This document shows positions 48,411 to 58,845 of a stretch of DNA of 64,000 nt, in pieces. Position 1 is the stretch's first letter. Each line of letters begins with the position of its first letter. Position numbers and translations under genes: made by a program. The notes beneath the pieces are model-generated. The model searched no databases. It was not told where the DNA came from and was given only the letters and a program-made list of their open reading frames with translations. The stretch lies in sequence record DRR723986_5754, one strand, 5' to 3'.

Positions 48411-48456
48411 TTACATATTTTACAAATTTACAAAATTATTTGTAATTATTTACAAT
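48411..48456. promoter_or_regulatory. Putative operator array for the RamB-like regulator
   Basis: TTTACAAA at 48419 and 48427, TTTGTAAT at 48439, TTTACAAT at 48449. Confidence 0.6.
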
Positions 48457-48567
48457 TTCACTTTTTCGAATGTGCAAAATCAAAAATAACCGCTTAGAAG
48501 CATCCCCAGAAAAAAGAAGGCCATGCTTCCTGTGCGAAGCCTAGTCTTCATTAAAGGGAGTTAGTCC

Positions 48568-50205
48568 ATGCCATACGATACTATTTCTGCAAAATCAGAT
48601 GGAACCAAAACTATGAATTACCAAGATGACATTAAAAACGCTCAGGAATTAATCAGCAGTTACAAAGGCACTTGGGACGGCATAGATGCGGAAGCTGTGG
48701 CGCGGATGCGTGCTCAAAATCGTTTTCATACCGGGCTAGATATTGCCCGCTATACGGCAGACATCATGCGCAAGGACATGGCCGCTTACGATGCTAACCC
48801 TGCAGATTACACCCAGTCTTTGGGCTGCTGGCACGGCTTTATTGGCCAGCAAAAAATGATCTCTATTAAGAAACATTTTGGCAGTACGAAAGGCCGTTAC
48901 TTGTATCTGTCTGGTTGGATGGTTGCTGCGCTGCGCTCTGAGTTCGGTCCACTGCCTGACCAAAGCATGCACGAGAAAACGTCGGTGCCTGCATTAATTG
49001 AAGAACTATACACTTTCTTGAAGCAGGCGGATGCCCGAGAGTTGGGCGGTTTGTTCCGTGACCTAGACGCGGCACGCAGTGCAGGCAACGCAGCCCTTGA
49101 ACAAGAAGTACAAGGCAAAATTGATAATTTCCAAACCCATGTAGTGCCAATCATTGCAGACATTGATGCTGGTTTTGGAAACGCGGAAGCGACCTATTTG
49201 CTTGCCAAGAAAATGATTGAAGCGGGTGCGTGTGCACTGCAAATTGAAAATCAGGTATCTGACGAAAAGCAGTGTGGTCACCAGGACGGCAAAGTAACAG
49301 TGCCGCACGAGGACTTCCTCGCCAAAGTTCGGGCTTGCCGCTATGCCTTCCTTGAAATGGGCGTTGATAACGGCATTGTCGTTACACGTACTGACAGTTT
49401 GGGAGCTGGCTTGACGAAGCAAATCGCTTACTCAAAAGAAGCCGGTGATATCGGTGACCAATACAACAGCTTCCTTGACTGCGATGAAGTAACTGCTGCT
49501 GATCTTGCCCCTAATGACGTTGTCATTAACCGGGACGGCAAGTTGATGCGCCCTAAGCGTTTGCCTTCAAACCTGTTTCAATTCAAGCCCGGCACAGGCG
49601 CAGACCGCTGCGTTCTCGATTGTATCACTTCACTGCAAAACGGCGCTGATTTGCTTTGGATCGAAACGGAAAAGCCGCATGTTGAGCAGATTGCCAGCAT
49701 GGTGGACCGTATTCGTGAAGTGGTGCCGAATGCCAAACTGGTTTACAATAATTCTCCGTCTTTCAATTGGACTCTCAATTTCCGCCAGCAGGTATTTGAT
49801 GCCTGGGAAGCGGAGGGTACGGATGTGTCAGTCTACGACCGTGCGGACTTGATGAATGTAAAATATGATGACAGTGAGTTGGCTATTATCGCAGACGAGA
49901 AAATTCGTACTTTCCAGCGGGATGGCTCAAAACGCGCTGGTATTTTCCACCACCTGATAACACTGCCAACATATCATACGGCGGCATTGTCTACGGATAA
50001 TCTGGCGAAGCGTTACTTCGGCGATGAAGCCATGCTTGGTTATGTAAAGCAAGTACAGCGGGAAGAAATTCGCCAAGGCATCGCTTGCGTGAAACACCAA
50101 AATATGGCGGGGTCCGATGTGGGTGATGATCACAAGGAATATTTTGCTGGAGAAGCGGCATTGAAGGCGTCTGGTGAAGACAATACAATGAATCAATTCT
50201 CTTAG
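48568..50205 (+). CDS. aceA: Isocitrate lyase
   Basis: YLSGWMVAA, ADIDAGFG, ENQVSDEKQCGHQDGK, WIETEKP, YNNSPSFNW. Confidence 0.97.
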   Translation: MPYDTISAKSDGTKTMNYQDDIKNAQELISSYKGTWDGIDAEAVARMRAQNRFHTGLDIARYTADIMRKDMAAYDANPADYTQSLGCWHGFIGQQKMISIKKHFGSTKGRYLYLSGWMVAALRSEFGPLPDQSMHEKTSVPALIEELYTFLKQADARELGGLFRDLDAARSAGNAALEQEVQGKIDNFQTHVVPIIADIDAGFGNAEATYLLAKKMIEAGACALQIENQVSDEKQCGHQDGKVTVPHEDFLAKVRACRYAFLEMGVDNGIVVTRTDSLGAGLTKQIAYSKEAGDIGDQYNSFLDCDEVTAADLAPNDVVINRDGKLMRPKRLPSNLFQFKPGTGADRCVLDCITSLQNGADLLWIETEKPHVEQIASMVDRIREVVPNAKLVYNNSPSFNWTLNFRQQVFDAWEAEGTDVSVYDRADLMNVKYDDSELAIIADEKIRTFQRDGSKRAGIFHHLITLPTYHTAALSTDNLAKRYFGDEAMLGYVKQVQREEIRQGIACVKHQNMAGSDVGDDHKEYFAGEAALKASGEDNTMNQFS

Positions 50206-50288
50206 CATCCATACTTAAATCAAATACTGTCGCCTTTTCCCGCATGGGATTTGGCGGCAGGCTAGAAACACGGCCTCAAAGGCTTGAC

Positions 50289-50318
50289 AGAGTTGAGGCC
50301 ACGCCTCACTCTTTTTTT
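50289..50318 (+). terminator. Probable terminator after aceA (with a competing upstream helix)
   Basis: AGAG-T-TGAGGC-cac-GCCTCA-CTCT followed by a T-tract. Confidence 0.55.
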
Positions 50319-50367
50319 ATTTTTAAGCAAATTGCCACAGCATAGCGTGGGTACAAAGGTGTATTGA

Positions 50368-52542
50368 ATGACAGGTCGAGTTGAGCAAAATGGTTTGTCT
50401 ATAGCAGATGAACTTCATGAATTTATCTGTAAGGAAGCCTTGCCCGGCACAGGGTTGGATGAACAAGCTTTCTGGGCTGGTTTGGCGTCGCTTGTGGCAA
50501 CATTTGGCCCTCAAATAAAGGATGCGCTTGCATTCCGTGAAGCGCTTCAAGGGAAAATTGATGCATGGCACAAAGAGCGCCCGGGCCCTGACTACGACCA
50601 TGCAGAATATAAAGCCTTTCTGGAGCAGATTGGTTATTTGGTTAAAGAAGGCCCCGCCTTTAAAATAGAAACACAAAATGTAGACCCTGAAATTTCGAGC
50701 GTGGCAGGCCCCCAACTTGTTGTGCCGGTTATGAATGCGCGCTTTGCCTTGAATGCGGCAAACGCCCGGTGGGGCAGTCTGTATGATGCTTACTATGGTA
50801 CAGATGTTATCGAAGAAAGCCCGGGCCTAGAGAAAACAAAAGGCTATAACACCTGGCGCGGCGCGGTGGTTGTTGAAAAGGCGGCGGCGTTTCTCGATGA
50901 GGCCTTCCCTTTGCACGGTGCCAGCCATGTCGATGTTACCGGCTACAGCGTTACAGGCGGTAGCTTGCATGCTATTACAGAAGCGCAAGAAACGGTGGGT
51001 TTGCAGAGTGCTGAAAAATTTGTTGGTTATTTAGGCGATGAAGCGGCACCGACATCCCTGTTGCTGCGCAACAATGGCCTGCACATTGAAATTCAGATTG
51101 ACCGTGATCATCCTGTGGGCGCCGGCTCCAAAGCCGGTGTTAAAGATGTTGTATTAGAGTCGGCGTTATCAACAATTCAGGACTGTGAAGATTCGGTTGC
51201 TGCTGTTGACGGTGCAGACAAAGCGGTTGTGTACCGCAATTGGCTTGGCCTTATGAAGGGTGACTTGAGCGAAACTTTCACCAAAGGCGGCAAGCAACAA
51301 ACCCGACGCCTTAATCCGGACCGCACCTACAGTGCGCCGGGCGGTGGGCATTTCACATTGCCGGGCCGAAGCCTTTTGTTGGTTCGTAATGTGGGTCATT
51401 TGATGACAACACCGGCTGTTTTAGACAGCAACGGTGATGAGATTTCGGAAGGCTTGCTCGACGCATTGGTCACAAGCCTATGTGCCGTTCATGACCTGAA
51501 AAAGAAAGGCGATAACGCTAACAGCCGTACGGGTAGCATTTATATTGTGAAGCCAAAAATGCACGGGCCTGCTGAAGTAGCGCTTACCAATGAGATGATG
51601 GCGAGCGTGGAGGACATTCTTGGGCTTGATCGCTTTACGATCAAAGTGGGGGTGATGGACGAAGAACGGCGCACCACCGTTAATTTGAAAGAATGCATTC
51701 GCGCGGTGAGAGAGCGGTTGGTTTTCATTAACACCGGATTTTTGGACCGTACTGGCGACGAGCTACATACCAGCATGGAGGCGGCTGCGTTTTTGCCAAA
51801 AGGTGACATTAAGGGCGAACCCTGGATTGGTGCTTACGAAGACTGGAACGTAAATATTGGCTTGGAATGCGGCCTGCAAGGTGTGGCCCAAATTGGCAAG
51901 GGCATGTGGGCCATGCCAGATGAAATGGCCAAGATGATGAAAGACAAAATTGGCCACCCTATGGCTGGGGCGAATTGTGCATGGGTGCCGTCTCCTACCG
52001 CGGCTACATTGCATGCGCAGCATTATCACACAGTTTCTGTCGCAGACCGCCAGCAGGAGCTGGCAGCATCGCCGCGTGCCAGCCTGGATGATATTTTAAC
52101 GGTACCGTTAATGCGTGGGCGCAACCTGTCTGCTGAAGACGTGCAGCGAGAATTAGACAATAATGCGCAAAGCATACTCGGCTATGTGGTACGCTGGGTT
52201 GATCAGGGCGTTGGCTGTTCGAAAGTACCGGACATTAACAATGTTGGCTTGATGGAAGACCGGGCGACGCTCCGTATTTCCAGCCAACATGTTGCAAATT
52301 GGCTGCATCACGGCATTTGCTCCGAAGAGCAGGTTATTGAATCGCTAAAGCGTATGGCAGTGGTTGTGGACGGGCAAAATGCTGGTGACCCTGCTTACCA
52401 GCCCATGGCTCCTGACTATACCGGCGTTGCCTTTAAGGCGGCGGTAGACCTTATTTTCAAGGGCCGGGAACAACCCAGCGGCTATACCGAGCCTCTATTG
52501 CATCAGCGCAGACTGGAAGCCAAAACTGCAACGAGCGCATAA
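50368..52542 (+). CDS. glcB: Malate synthase G
   Basis: [67 protein letters not shown]. Confidence 0.97.
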   Translation: MTGRVEQNGLSIADELHEFICKEALPGTGLDEQAFWAGLASLVATFGPQIKDALAFREALQGKIDAWHKERPGPDYDHAEYKAFLEQIGYLVKEGPAFKIETQNVDPEISSVAGPQLVVPVMNARFALNAANARWGSLYDAYYGTDVIEESPGLEKTKGYNTWRGAVVVEKAAAFLDEAFPLHGASHVDVTGYSVTGGSLHAITEAQETVGLQSAEKFVGYLGDEAAPTSLLLRNNGLHIEIQIDRDHPVGAGSKAGVKDVVLESALSTIQDCEDSVAAVDGADKAVVYRNWLGLMKGDLSETFTKGGKQQTRRLNPDRTYSAPGGGHFTLPGRSLLLVRNVGHLMTTPAVLDSNGDEISEGLLDALVTSLCAVHDLKKKGDNANSRTGSIYIVKPKMHGPAEVALTNEMMASVEDILGLDRFTIKVGVMDEERRTTVNLKECIRAVRERLVFINTGFLDRTGDELHTSMEAAAFLPKGDIKGEPWIGAYEDWNVNIGLECGLQGVAQIGKGMWAMPDEMAKMMKDKIGHPMAGANCAWVPSPTAATLHAQHYHTVSVADRQQELAASPRASLDDILTVPLMRGRNLSAEDVQRELDNNAQSILGYVVRWVDQGVGCSKVPDINNVGLMEDRATLRISSQHVANWLHHGICSEEQVIESLKRMAVVVDGQNAGDPAYQPMAPDYTGVAFKAAVDLIFKGREQPSGYTEPLLHQRRLEAKTATSA

Positions 52543-52735
52543 CTATCATCGCCGATAAGGTGTCATAATTTGAGCATGGTCATTGCTCATGACAGGCTTG
52601 GTGCCAAGATTTAAGGTAATTTAGGCGAATAGCTTTAAGGCTCTCATTTTTGCGCATTGCTTGCTAAAGACTAGCTGTTAAATTACTGTATAGATTACTT
52701 TAATGGTTGGCACTTACATAATCTGAGGCGAAACC

Positions 52736-53755
52736 ATGACGTTGAAGAATACATTTGGATGGGGGCAAAGTGTCACTGTAGCCAAATACGGCGCTGCAGC
52801 AGTGTTGCTTGCGTCAACTGGCATGGTCCTTTTAAGCGGGTCCACAGCAAGTGACCCTGCGCCGTCTAAACTTGAATGCCCCAAAGTTGAGCCGTCTAAC
52901 GACCCGTTTGGTGAATTTGACGACGTGATGACCGAGGATGAAAAGCGGGAAGCGCTTCATGAAGACCTTAAGCAAAAATTAGCCTCTCATAAAGCATCGT
53001 GCGATCCGTTAAAGAAAACGCGGAGCGCGCCGGCCCCTGCGGCGCAGCAGCAAGCAAAACAGGCGGGCGCTTCCGGTGGTGAGCAGGGTGGAAGGCAAGC
53101 GTCTGGCCAGAATTCAGGTGGTCAAGCGAATGCATCTGGGCAGGCGGGATCAGCGCAAAATACTCCTAAAGGGGGTGAGCCATCCCAGAATGCACCATCC
53201 CAGAATGTATCATCCCAGAGTGAACAGGTGCAGAGTGAACAAACGCAGGGCACAGCGGGGAATGGCGGCACTTATTCGTCGCCTTGGGCGAAACAGCCTG
53301 AGCAAGAAAGTGGTGTTGTGTCGCTTGAGCCAAGGGCAGAGACCAAAAACACAAGCGCACCAGCCACCAATGCCGCAACAAGCGAGCAAATAAACTCGCA
53401 AGCAGCACCGGGTGTTTCCGGCGCAGCGCCAGCGCCAAACGCAACTGATGCAGCACAGGGGCAAGGCCAACCGTCAAAGTTTTTGGAAAAATACGGTGGG
53501 GCGGTTCAGGCCCCGCAAGAGAGCATCACTGATATTGCCAATAGGCACAAAAACAGCGGCTCTGGGTCGCCTGGCAACACGGGTACTTTGCAGAAAAACC
53601 AGAGAAATGGAGCGCCCGGCAGCGCGCCGCGTAAAACGTCTACAATAAGCGCCAATGATGCGGCAATCAAAGCGCTGGAAGAGCGTTTGGAACGCGAAAC
53701 CGACCCGGAAAAGAAGAAACAAATTCAAGCAGAAATCGATAGACTAAAGAAATAG
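52736..53755 (+). CDS. Exported or anchored protein with a long Q/G/S/A/P-rich linker and short helical C-terminus
   Basis: Hydrophobic N-terminus, two Cys, about 200 aa of low complexity, C-terminal NDAAIKALEERLERETDPEKKKQIQAEIDRLKK. GAGG RBS. Confidence 0.75.
   Translation: MTLKNTFGWGQSVTVAKYGAAAVLLASTGMVLLSGSTASDPAPSKLECPKVEPSNDPFGEFDDVMTEDEKREALHEDLKQKLASHKASCDPLKKTRSAPAPAAQQQAKQAGASGGEQGGRQASGQNSGGQANASGQAGSAQNTPKGGEPSQNAPSQNVSSQSEQVQSEQTQGTAGNGGTYSSPWAKQPEQESGVVSLEPRAETKNTSAPATNAATSEQINSQAAPGVSGAAPAPNATDAAQGQGQPSKFLEKYGGAVQAPQESITDIANRHKNSGSGSPGNTGTLQKNQRNGAPGSAPRKTSTISANDAAIKALEERLERETDPEKKKQIQAEIDRLKK
53181..53241 (+). repeat. Degenerate in-frame tandem repeat with a 15-nt period
   Basis: CATCCCAGA(A/G)TG at 53181, 53196 and 53211; CAGAGTGAACA at 53216 and 53231. 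Encodes PSQNAPSQNVSSQSEQVQSEQ. Confidence 0.7.
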
Positions 53756-53831
53756 CGCGAAGGGTTAATAGCTAACCGTATAGCTCAAAGGGGCTTTATC
53801 GTGCGATAGGGGCAAAATATTGGGAGCGAAA

Positions 53832-55037
53832 ATGTTAAACGATATCAAACAAAGTATAATGGTTGCTTTCGCTGTTATGTTTCTGGTTGCAGGGCAGGCT
53901 GTGACGGCTCAAGATTTCAGTCTTGATAAAAAACGAAAAACAACAACGCGTGTTTCGGCAGTTAATTATGCCAATACGGACCATATAGCCAAACTTGATG
54001 TGATCATTCCTGTTTTTAATCCCAATATTCCGAAAAAGGATAAAAATGGCGTTTGGCCAGAAGTGCGGCGGGCTGAGGCTAATCGTTTTGCGGTAATGAT
54101 GAAACACGCGCTGGAACAGTCTGGTGCTTTTGGTGCTGTGCGGGTGACGCCAGATCAGTCAGGCTTTGGCGAATTATACGTTCATGGTAAAATTTTGCGT
54201 GCTAACGGTGAAGACATTCATCTGGAAATTTCGGTCAATGATATAAGAGGCAAAAAGCATCGGCTTTTGAAGCCAACAAAGTTTAAGCACCGTGTGCAAA
54301 GAACTTTTCACAGCAGCCCTCGAACGCGTGGAACCGATGCTTATGCGCCTATTTTTGACCAAATAGCTGTAGCGATTGTGAAAAAAATGTCGAAGCTATC
54401 CAAGAAAAAAGTCAGAACATTGAATAAGCTGCCTCAGCTGACTGAAATGCGCTTCGCCAATATGTTTGGCCCTGAATATTTCGGTAAACATATTAAAGAG
54501 CGAAAAGCATCTTATAAGCTGGTTAGTCTGCCAAGTGATGATGACCCAGTTTATGCCAGAATTAAAACAATTCGTATTCAGGAACAGTTGTTTGTCGACA
54601 GCTTGCAAGCGCATTACGAAAATTTCAACAACACCATGAATCCGCATTATTATGCATGGCAAGAACATGCTCTGCCTATATCAAGAGAACGGCGTAAAGC
54701 GAAGAAAGCCGCAACATGGAAATCAATATTGGGCGGGGTCGCCATCGTTGCGGGCGCTGCCAGCGGCAGTGATACAGCCGCCACCATTGGTGTGGGCCTT
54801 GGGGCAGGTCTGCTTTATAGCTCTATTGGCGACTATAAAGCCAAAAATGAAAGCAGCAAAGTATTGGACGAAATGGGTAGCACTTTGAACCTGGATTTGG
54901 GCGCACAAGTGATAGAATTTGAGGGTGTTAGAACCGAATTAGAAGGTGATGCTGTGGACCAATTCATTGGTTATAGAACCCATCTGCGCGATATATATGA
55001 GAGAGAAGCAACACCAGACGAAATAATCTCGCGCTAG
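53832..55037 (+). CDS. Exported hypothetical protein with a Gly-zipper-like hydrophobic hairpin
   Basis: Signal peptide ...VAGQAVTA/QD and segment SILGGVAIVAGAASGSDTAATIGVGLGAGLLY. GGGAG RBS before ATG 53832. Confidence 0.8.
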   Translation: MLNDIKQSIMVAFAVMFLVAGQAVTAQDFSLDKKRKTTTRVSAVNYANTDHIAKLDVIIPVFNPNIPKKDKNGVWPEVRRAEANRFAVMMKHALEQSGAFGAVRVTPDQSGFGELYVHGKILRANGEDIHLEISVNDIRGKKHRLLKPTKFKHRVQRTFHSSPRTRGTDAYAPIFDQIAVAIVKKMSKLSKKKVRTLNKLPQLTEMRFANMFGPEYFGKHIKERKASYKLVSLPSDDDPVYARIKTIRIQEQLFVDSLQAHYENFNNTMNPHYYAWQEHALPISRERRKAKKAATWKSILGGVAIVAGAASGSDTAATIGVGLGAGLLYSSIGDYKAKNESSKVLDEMGSTLNLDLGAQVIEFEGVRTELEGDAVDQFIGYRTHLRDIYEREATPDEIISR

Positions 55038-55057
55038 GTCAGGGAAGAAGACCAGAC

Positions 55058-56680
55058 ATGGTTGATGAAGACCCAAAGCCAGTATCAGGGGCGAACCAAA
55101 AATCAGGTCAAGACTCTGCTGCAGAGGCAGGTGACGGGCCAGATATACCGGCTCAGCCCGATGAATTTTATCAAATCCAAACCAATTCTGGCACAGAAAA
55201 AGCCGCACTTCGCAAACTTGAAGAGGCTAAAAACCAGCGCAACCAAGTTATTTCCACTAGTAAGGTAGTTCTGCGGAATGCGGTTATTGCGCTCGCTGTT
55301 GTATTGGCGGGTTTTGCAGCATTTCAGTTGTTTGATGCCCCTGCCGACAATACGGCACCAGAAGATAGGCCGGCGCCGGACACTGGCGGCACAATGACAG
55401 CAGTTCAATGCGATAAACCAGACGAGTTCGCGGGCATTCCAGACCACCCTTGTTATCTAAAAACGCAATTTCAGAACAGCTATAAAGACCTGTCAACGCA
55501 GTATATTCCTACCCTGCAGGCGTCTGCCGCAGAAGGTTTCGTTCAGGAAGAGCTTGCAAAAATTCTTGAACTGGAAGAAAGCGCCATTCAGGCCTTTGAT
55601 CGATCAGAATATCCTCGGGCCGTGGACCGTGTTGACGAAGCCCTGCGCATTGCAGAAACCTTGAAGCAATTGATTAATGATCGTTTTGAAAAGTCCTTGA
55701 GAGATGCAAATGCTGCTTTTCTGGCCGATGATGCTGATCAGGCGCAGGCTTTAATAGACAAGGCCTTGCGTTTAAACGGTAACGACGCCAATGCACTGGC
55801 CCTTCATGCGCGTATCGTTGTATTACCGGAAGTGCTAGCACTTTTAAAAAGTGCAGCAGAAACCGAGGCTCAAAACCAACTTGTGGATTTGCAAAAAATT
55901 CTCCAGAAAATTGTTGGGCTGGACCCATACCGGCTGCAAGTTTCGATGCGATTGGCAACTTTGAGTGAGCAAATTAAACGGGCCACATATAATGCTCATC
56001 TGGAACAGGCTAGTGATTATATAAAAGCGCAAAACATTCAGGCGGCGCGACAGGAAGTGGCGAATGCCAATGCCATTTACCCAGGCCAACAAGACACAGC
56101 GGCGCTATCAGAACAGATCGAAACTATCGAAAAGGATCGGCGTATAAATGCGCTGCTGCAAGATGCTGATGCAATGAAAAGCCAAGATAATTGGCCAGCG
56201 GTTATGACCCGGTTTGAGCAAATATTGTCCGAAGATGCCTCTAACCGCGTCGCCATTAATGGGCGCGAAAAGGCGAAAAAAATTATCAGCGCTAATAATA
56301 GAGTTGTGAATATTCTCAACCGCCAAATTCGTCTGCAAGACGCAACGGTGTACCAAAAAACCCTTGAGTTTCTGGACCTGATCAAACCGCTTGCGCAAGA
56401 CAGTAAAACGCTTGCTGCTTCAATTGGCACCTTGGAGCAAAGGCTGGATTTGTGGCAACAGAAAGTAACGGTTACGGTCCGCTCCGATGGTAAGTCGCAA
56501 GTAAGCGTGCGCAGGGTTGGCCAAGTGGGCAAGGTAAAGCAAAAAGATATTATGCTCAGGCCCGGCAACTATGACTTTGAATGCAATCGCGCTGGCTACC
56601 AGTCAAAAATTGTTGAGCATTTTGTTCCCCCCGGCCAGAATGGAACGGCGGTTACCATATCCTGCGACGTGCGCATATAA
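55058..56680 (+). CDS. Single-pass membrane protein with TPR-like helical repeats and a C-terminal PEGA-like beta domain
   Basis: TM NAVIALAVVLAGFAAFQLF, repeats such as AQALIDKALRLNGND and ARQEVANANAIYPG, C-terminal LRPGNYDFECNRAGY. Confidence 0.75.
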   Translation: MVDEDPKPVSGANQKSGQDSAAEAGDGPDIPAQPDEFYQIQTNSGTEKAALRKLEEAKNQRNQVISTSKVVLRNAVIALAVVLAGFAAFQLFDAPADNTAPEDRPAPDTGGTMTAVQCDKPDEFAGIPDHPCYLKTQFQNSYKDLSTQYIPTLQASAAEGFVQEELAKILELEESAIQAFDRSEYPRAVDRVDEALRIAETLKQLINDRFEKSLRDANAAFLADDADQAQALIDKALRLNGNDANALALHARIVVLPEVLALLKSAAETEAQNQLVDLQKILQKIVGLDPYRLQVSMRLATLSEQIKRATYNAHLEQASDYIKAQNIQAARQEVANANAIYPGQQDTAALSEQIETIEKDRRINALLQDADAMKSQDNWPAVMTRFEQILSEDASNRVAINGREKAKKIISANNRVVNILNRQIRLQDATVYQKTLEFLDLIKPLAQDSKTLAASIGTLEQRLDLWQQKVTVTVRSDGKSQVSVRRVGQVGKVKQKDIMLRPGNYDFECNRAGYQSKIVEHFVPPGQNGTAVTISCDVRI

Positions 56681-56720
56681 CCAAATTGAAACCTGTTAAG
56701 CTGATTGAATATTTAACCCT

Positions 56721-58820
56721 ATGGCTCAAAAACCTAAATCTCTCAAAGACCTGAAAAAAATGAGCCAAACGGCGCAGGATAGCGAAAAGTCATCTAAAAA
56801 TATTCGCTCTGCCCTTGATGATGCCAAAGGAAACCAGACAAAAGGGTTGATTTGGGGCGTTTGTGCCGTCGCTATGCTGCTACTAGCAGGGGCTTTTTTC
56901 TATATTTTCTCTCAAGCCACAACGGTGGAAATTGGCCCGGACGATGCCGCGCCCTCTGGTTACGTTACACTTGAGCGCGGGCTTGGTTGGGTTTCAGATG
57001 AAGATCAGGTTTATGTGTTTGGATCCAGCTATCAAATCGCTGTTCATGCTGAGGGCTTTATAAGCGAAACCATTGATATTAACCCTGAAGCTTCAAATAG
57101 TTTTCTCGAAGTCACTCTTGAACCCAAGCCTGCCATTGTTACTGTGACGACAGACCCAGCCCGAGAGGGTGTCAAATGGTCACTGGACAACCAGTTGGTC
57201 GCAACATCGGCCAAATTACAAATGGAAATAGAGCCGGGTGACCATCAACTATTGGTCAACCACCCTTATTTCGAGCCTTTTGAGCGCACCCTGACTTTGG
57301 AGCGAGCGCAAGAGGTTGATTTTACTTTTCCTTTAGGTGAATTTGATCGGCCAGTTAATATTCAGTCAGAGCCTACTGGTGCCTTTATAACCATTGATAA
57401 TGGCTCGCCGATTATGCTGCCGCATACGGGGTCATTGGCAGGTGGTAAGCATGTTGTTCAAATTCAAGCGGCTGGATATGTGCCCATATCTGACCAGATT
57501 GAAGTCACTAACACCGATACTGTAATAGAGCGCAATTATCGCCTTCGTGCTTTGCAATCTGGCCTTGTTGTTTATGCCGAGCCAAATTCAGTGAGAATAG
57601 CCCTTGATGGGCGGTCCATCAATAATGGTACCGTCACCACAATCAATGCCAATCAAAGCTATAATATAGAGGTTTCTCAGCAGGGTTATATCTCTGAAAG
57701 AAGGTCGGTTCGCGTATCACCGGGGCAAACGCAAGAATTATCCATCCAGCTTAAGAAGGCGCTGGGGCAGGTAAGCTTTTCTTCACAACCGCGCGGGGCT
57801 GATGTTTTTGTGAACGGGCAAAACCGGGGCCAAACACCGTTAAGTTTGGCGCTGCAAACGCTTCCCGCTCAGGTAGAGTTCAGGCGCAGCGGATACCGAA
57901 CCTTGACCACGACAACTGTACCGGTGCTTAACAAGCCAACAACGGTGAACGGTAAGCTGCTGACGGAGTTGAATGCGCGGCTGCGAGAGCTTCCGCCGGT
58001 TATGACCGACAGGTCGGGTGTGCAGCTTGTACGGTTTAAGCCTGATCAAACCGCTTTCTTCATCGGTGCGCCGCGTTCGGAAGTGGGACAGCGTGCCAAT
58101 GAAATATTGCGCCAAGTGCAATTGACGAAGCATTTTTATGCCAGCAAGTTCGAAATTACTGTTGGGCAGTTTCGTAAATTCAACGCGGGTTTTGCCAGCG
58201 GTCAGGCGAGTAATATGCCGGTTACGGACGTTACTTGGGCGCAGGCAGCACAATTTTGCAACTGGCTTAGTCAACAAGAAGGCTTAGCAGCCTTTTACCA
58301 AATAAACGGGAACCAGATAACGGGCTTTAATATGTATGCTGATGGGTACCGCCTGCCGTCGGAAGCAGAATGGGAGTGGCTGGCCCGTAAGGCCAAAAGG
58401 CGGGAAATAACCCCTTATACCTGGGGGACTAAAAAGACCATTACTGCTGCTAGCGGCAATTTGGCAGACGAAAGTGCGAAAGGTAAAGTGCGCTCGTTCA
58501 TACCCCGGTATAATGACAAATATGCCGCTATTGCCCCTGTGGGGAGTTTCCCGGCCGAGCTGTCAGGCCTGCATGATATGTCGGGCAATGTGCGTGAGTG
58601 GGTGAATGATCGTTATGCCCTTTCAGTACCGGCCAAAGGCGATATTGCGGTAAATTCCTTTGGGCCGTCATACGGCGAGGGCAATGTGGTAAAAGGGTCA
58701 GGTTTCAAATCTTCATCCTTAACGGACCTGAGGGCGGCGAGCCGCCATCAAGGACGCGGTGCAGGCGATGATATTGGCTTTCGTGTGGTGCGCTATGTGT
58801 ACGGTGCGGAAGACCGTTAA
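56721..58820 (+). CDS. Single-pass membrane protein with multiple PEGA domains and a SUMF1/FGE-sulfatase domain
   Basis: PEGA motifs (SEPTGAFITID, SQPRGADVFVNG..GQTPL) and SUMF1 motifs (FEITVGQF, PVTDVTW..A..FCNWLS, YRLPSEAEWEW, GLHDMSGNVREWVND, DIGFRVVR). Confidence 0.88.
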   Translation: MAQKPKSLKDLKKMSQTAQDSEKSSKNIRSALDDAKGNQTKGLIWGVCAVAMLLLAGAFFYIFSQATTVEIGPDDAAPSGYVTLERGLGWVSDEDQVYVFGSSYQIAVHAEGFISETIDINPEASNSFLEVTLEPKPAIVTVTTDPAREGVKWSLDNQLVATSAKLQMEIEPGDHQLLVNHPYFEPFERTLTLERAQEVDFTFPLGEFDRPVNIQSEPTGAFITIDNGSPIMLPHTGSLAGGKHVVQIQAAGYVPISDQIEVTNTDTVIERNYRLRALQSGLVVYAEPNSVRIALDGRSINNGTVTTINANQSYNIEVSQQGYISERRSVRVSPGQTQELSIQLKKALGQVSFSSQPRGADVFVNGQNRGQTPLSLALQTLPAQVEFRRSGYRTLTTTTVPVLNKPTTVNGKLLTELNARLRELPPVMTDRSGVQLVRFKPDQTAFFIGAPRSEVGQRANEILRQVQLTKHFYASKFEITVGQFRKFNAGFASGQASNMPVTDVTWAQAAQFCNWLSQQEGLAAFYQINGNQITGFNMYADGYRLPSEAEWEWLARKAKRREITPYTWGTKKTITAASGNLADESAKGKVRSFIPRYNDKYAAIAPVGSFPAELSGLHDMSGNVREWVNDRYALSVPAKGDIAVNSFGPSYGEGNVVKGSGFKSSSLTDLRAASRHQGRGAGDDIGFRVVRYVYGAEDR

Positions 58821-58845
58821 ATGAGAGAGGTAAAGGCAAAATAGT

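Noticed and set aside
53181-53241. Short repeats as a CRISPR array
   Set aside because: In-frame 15-nt coding repeats with no spacers and no cas genes.
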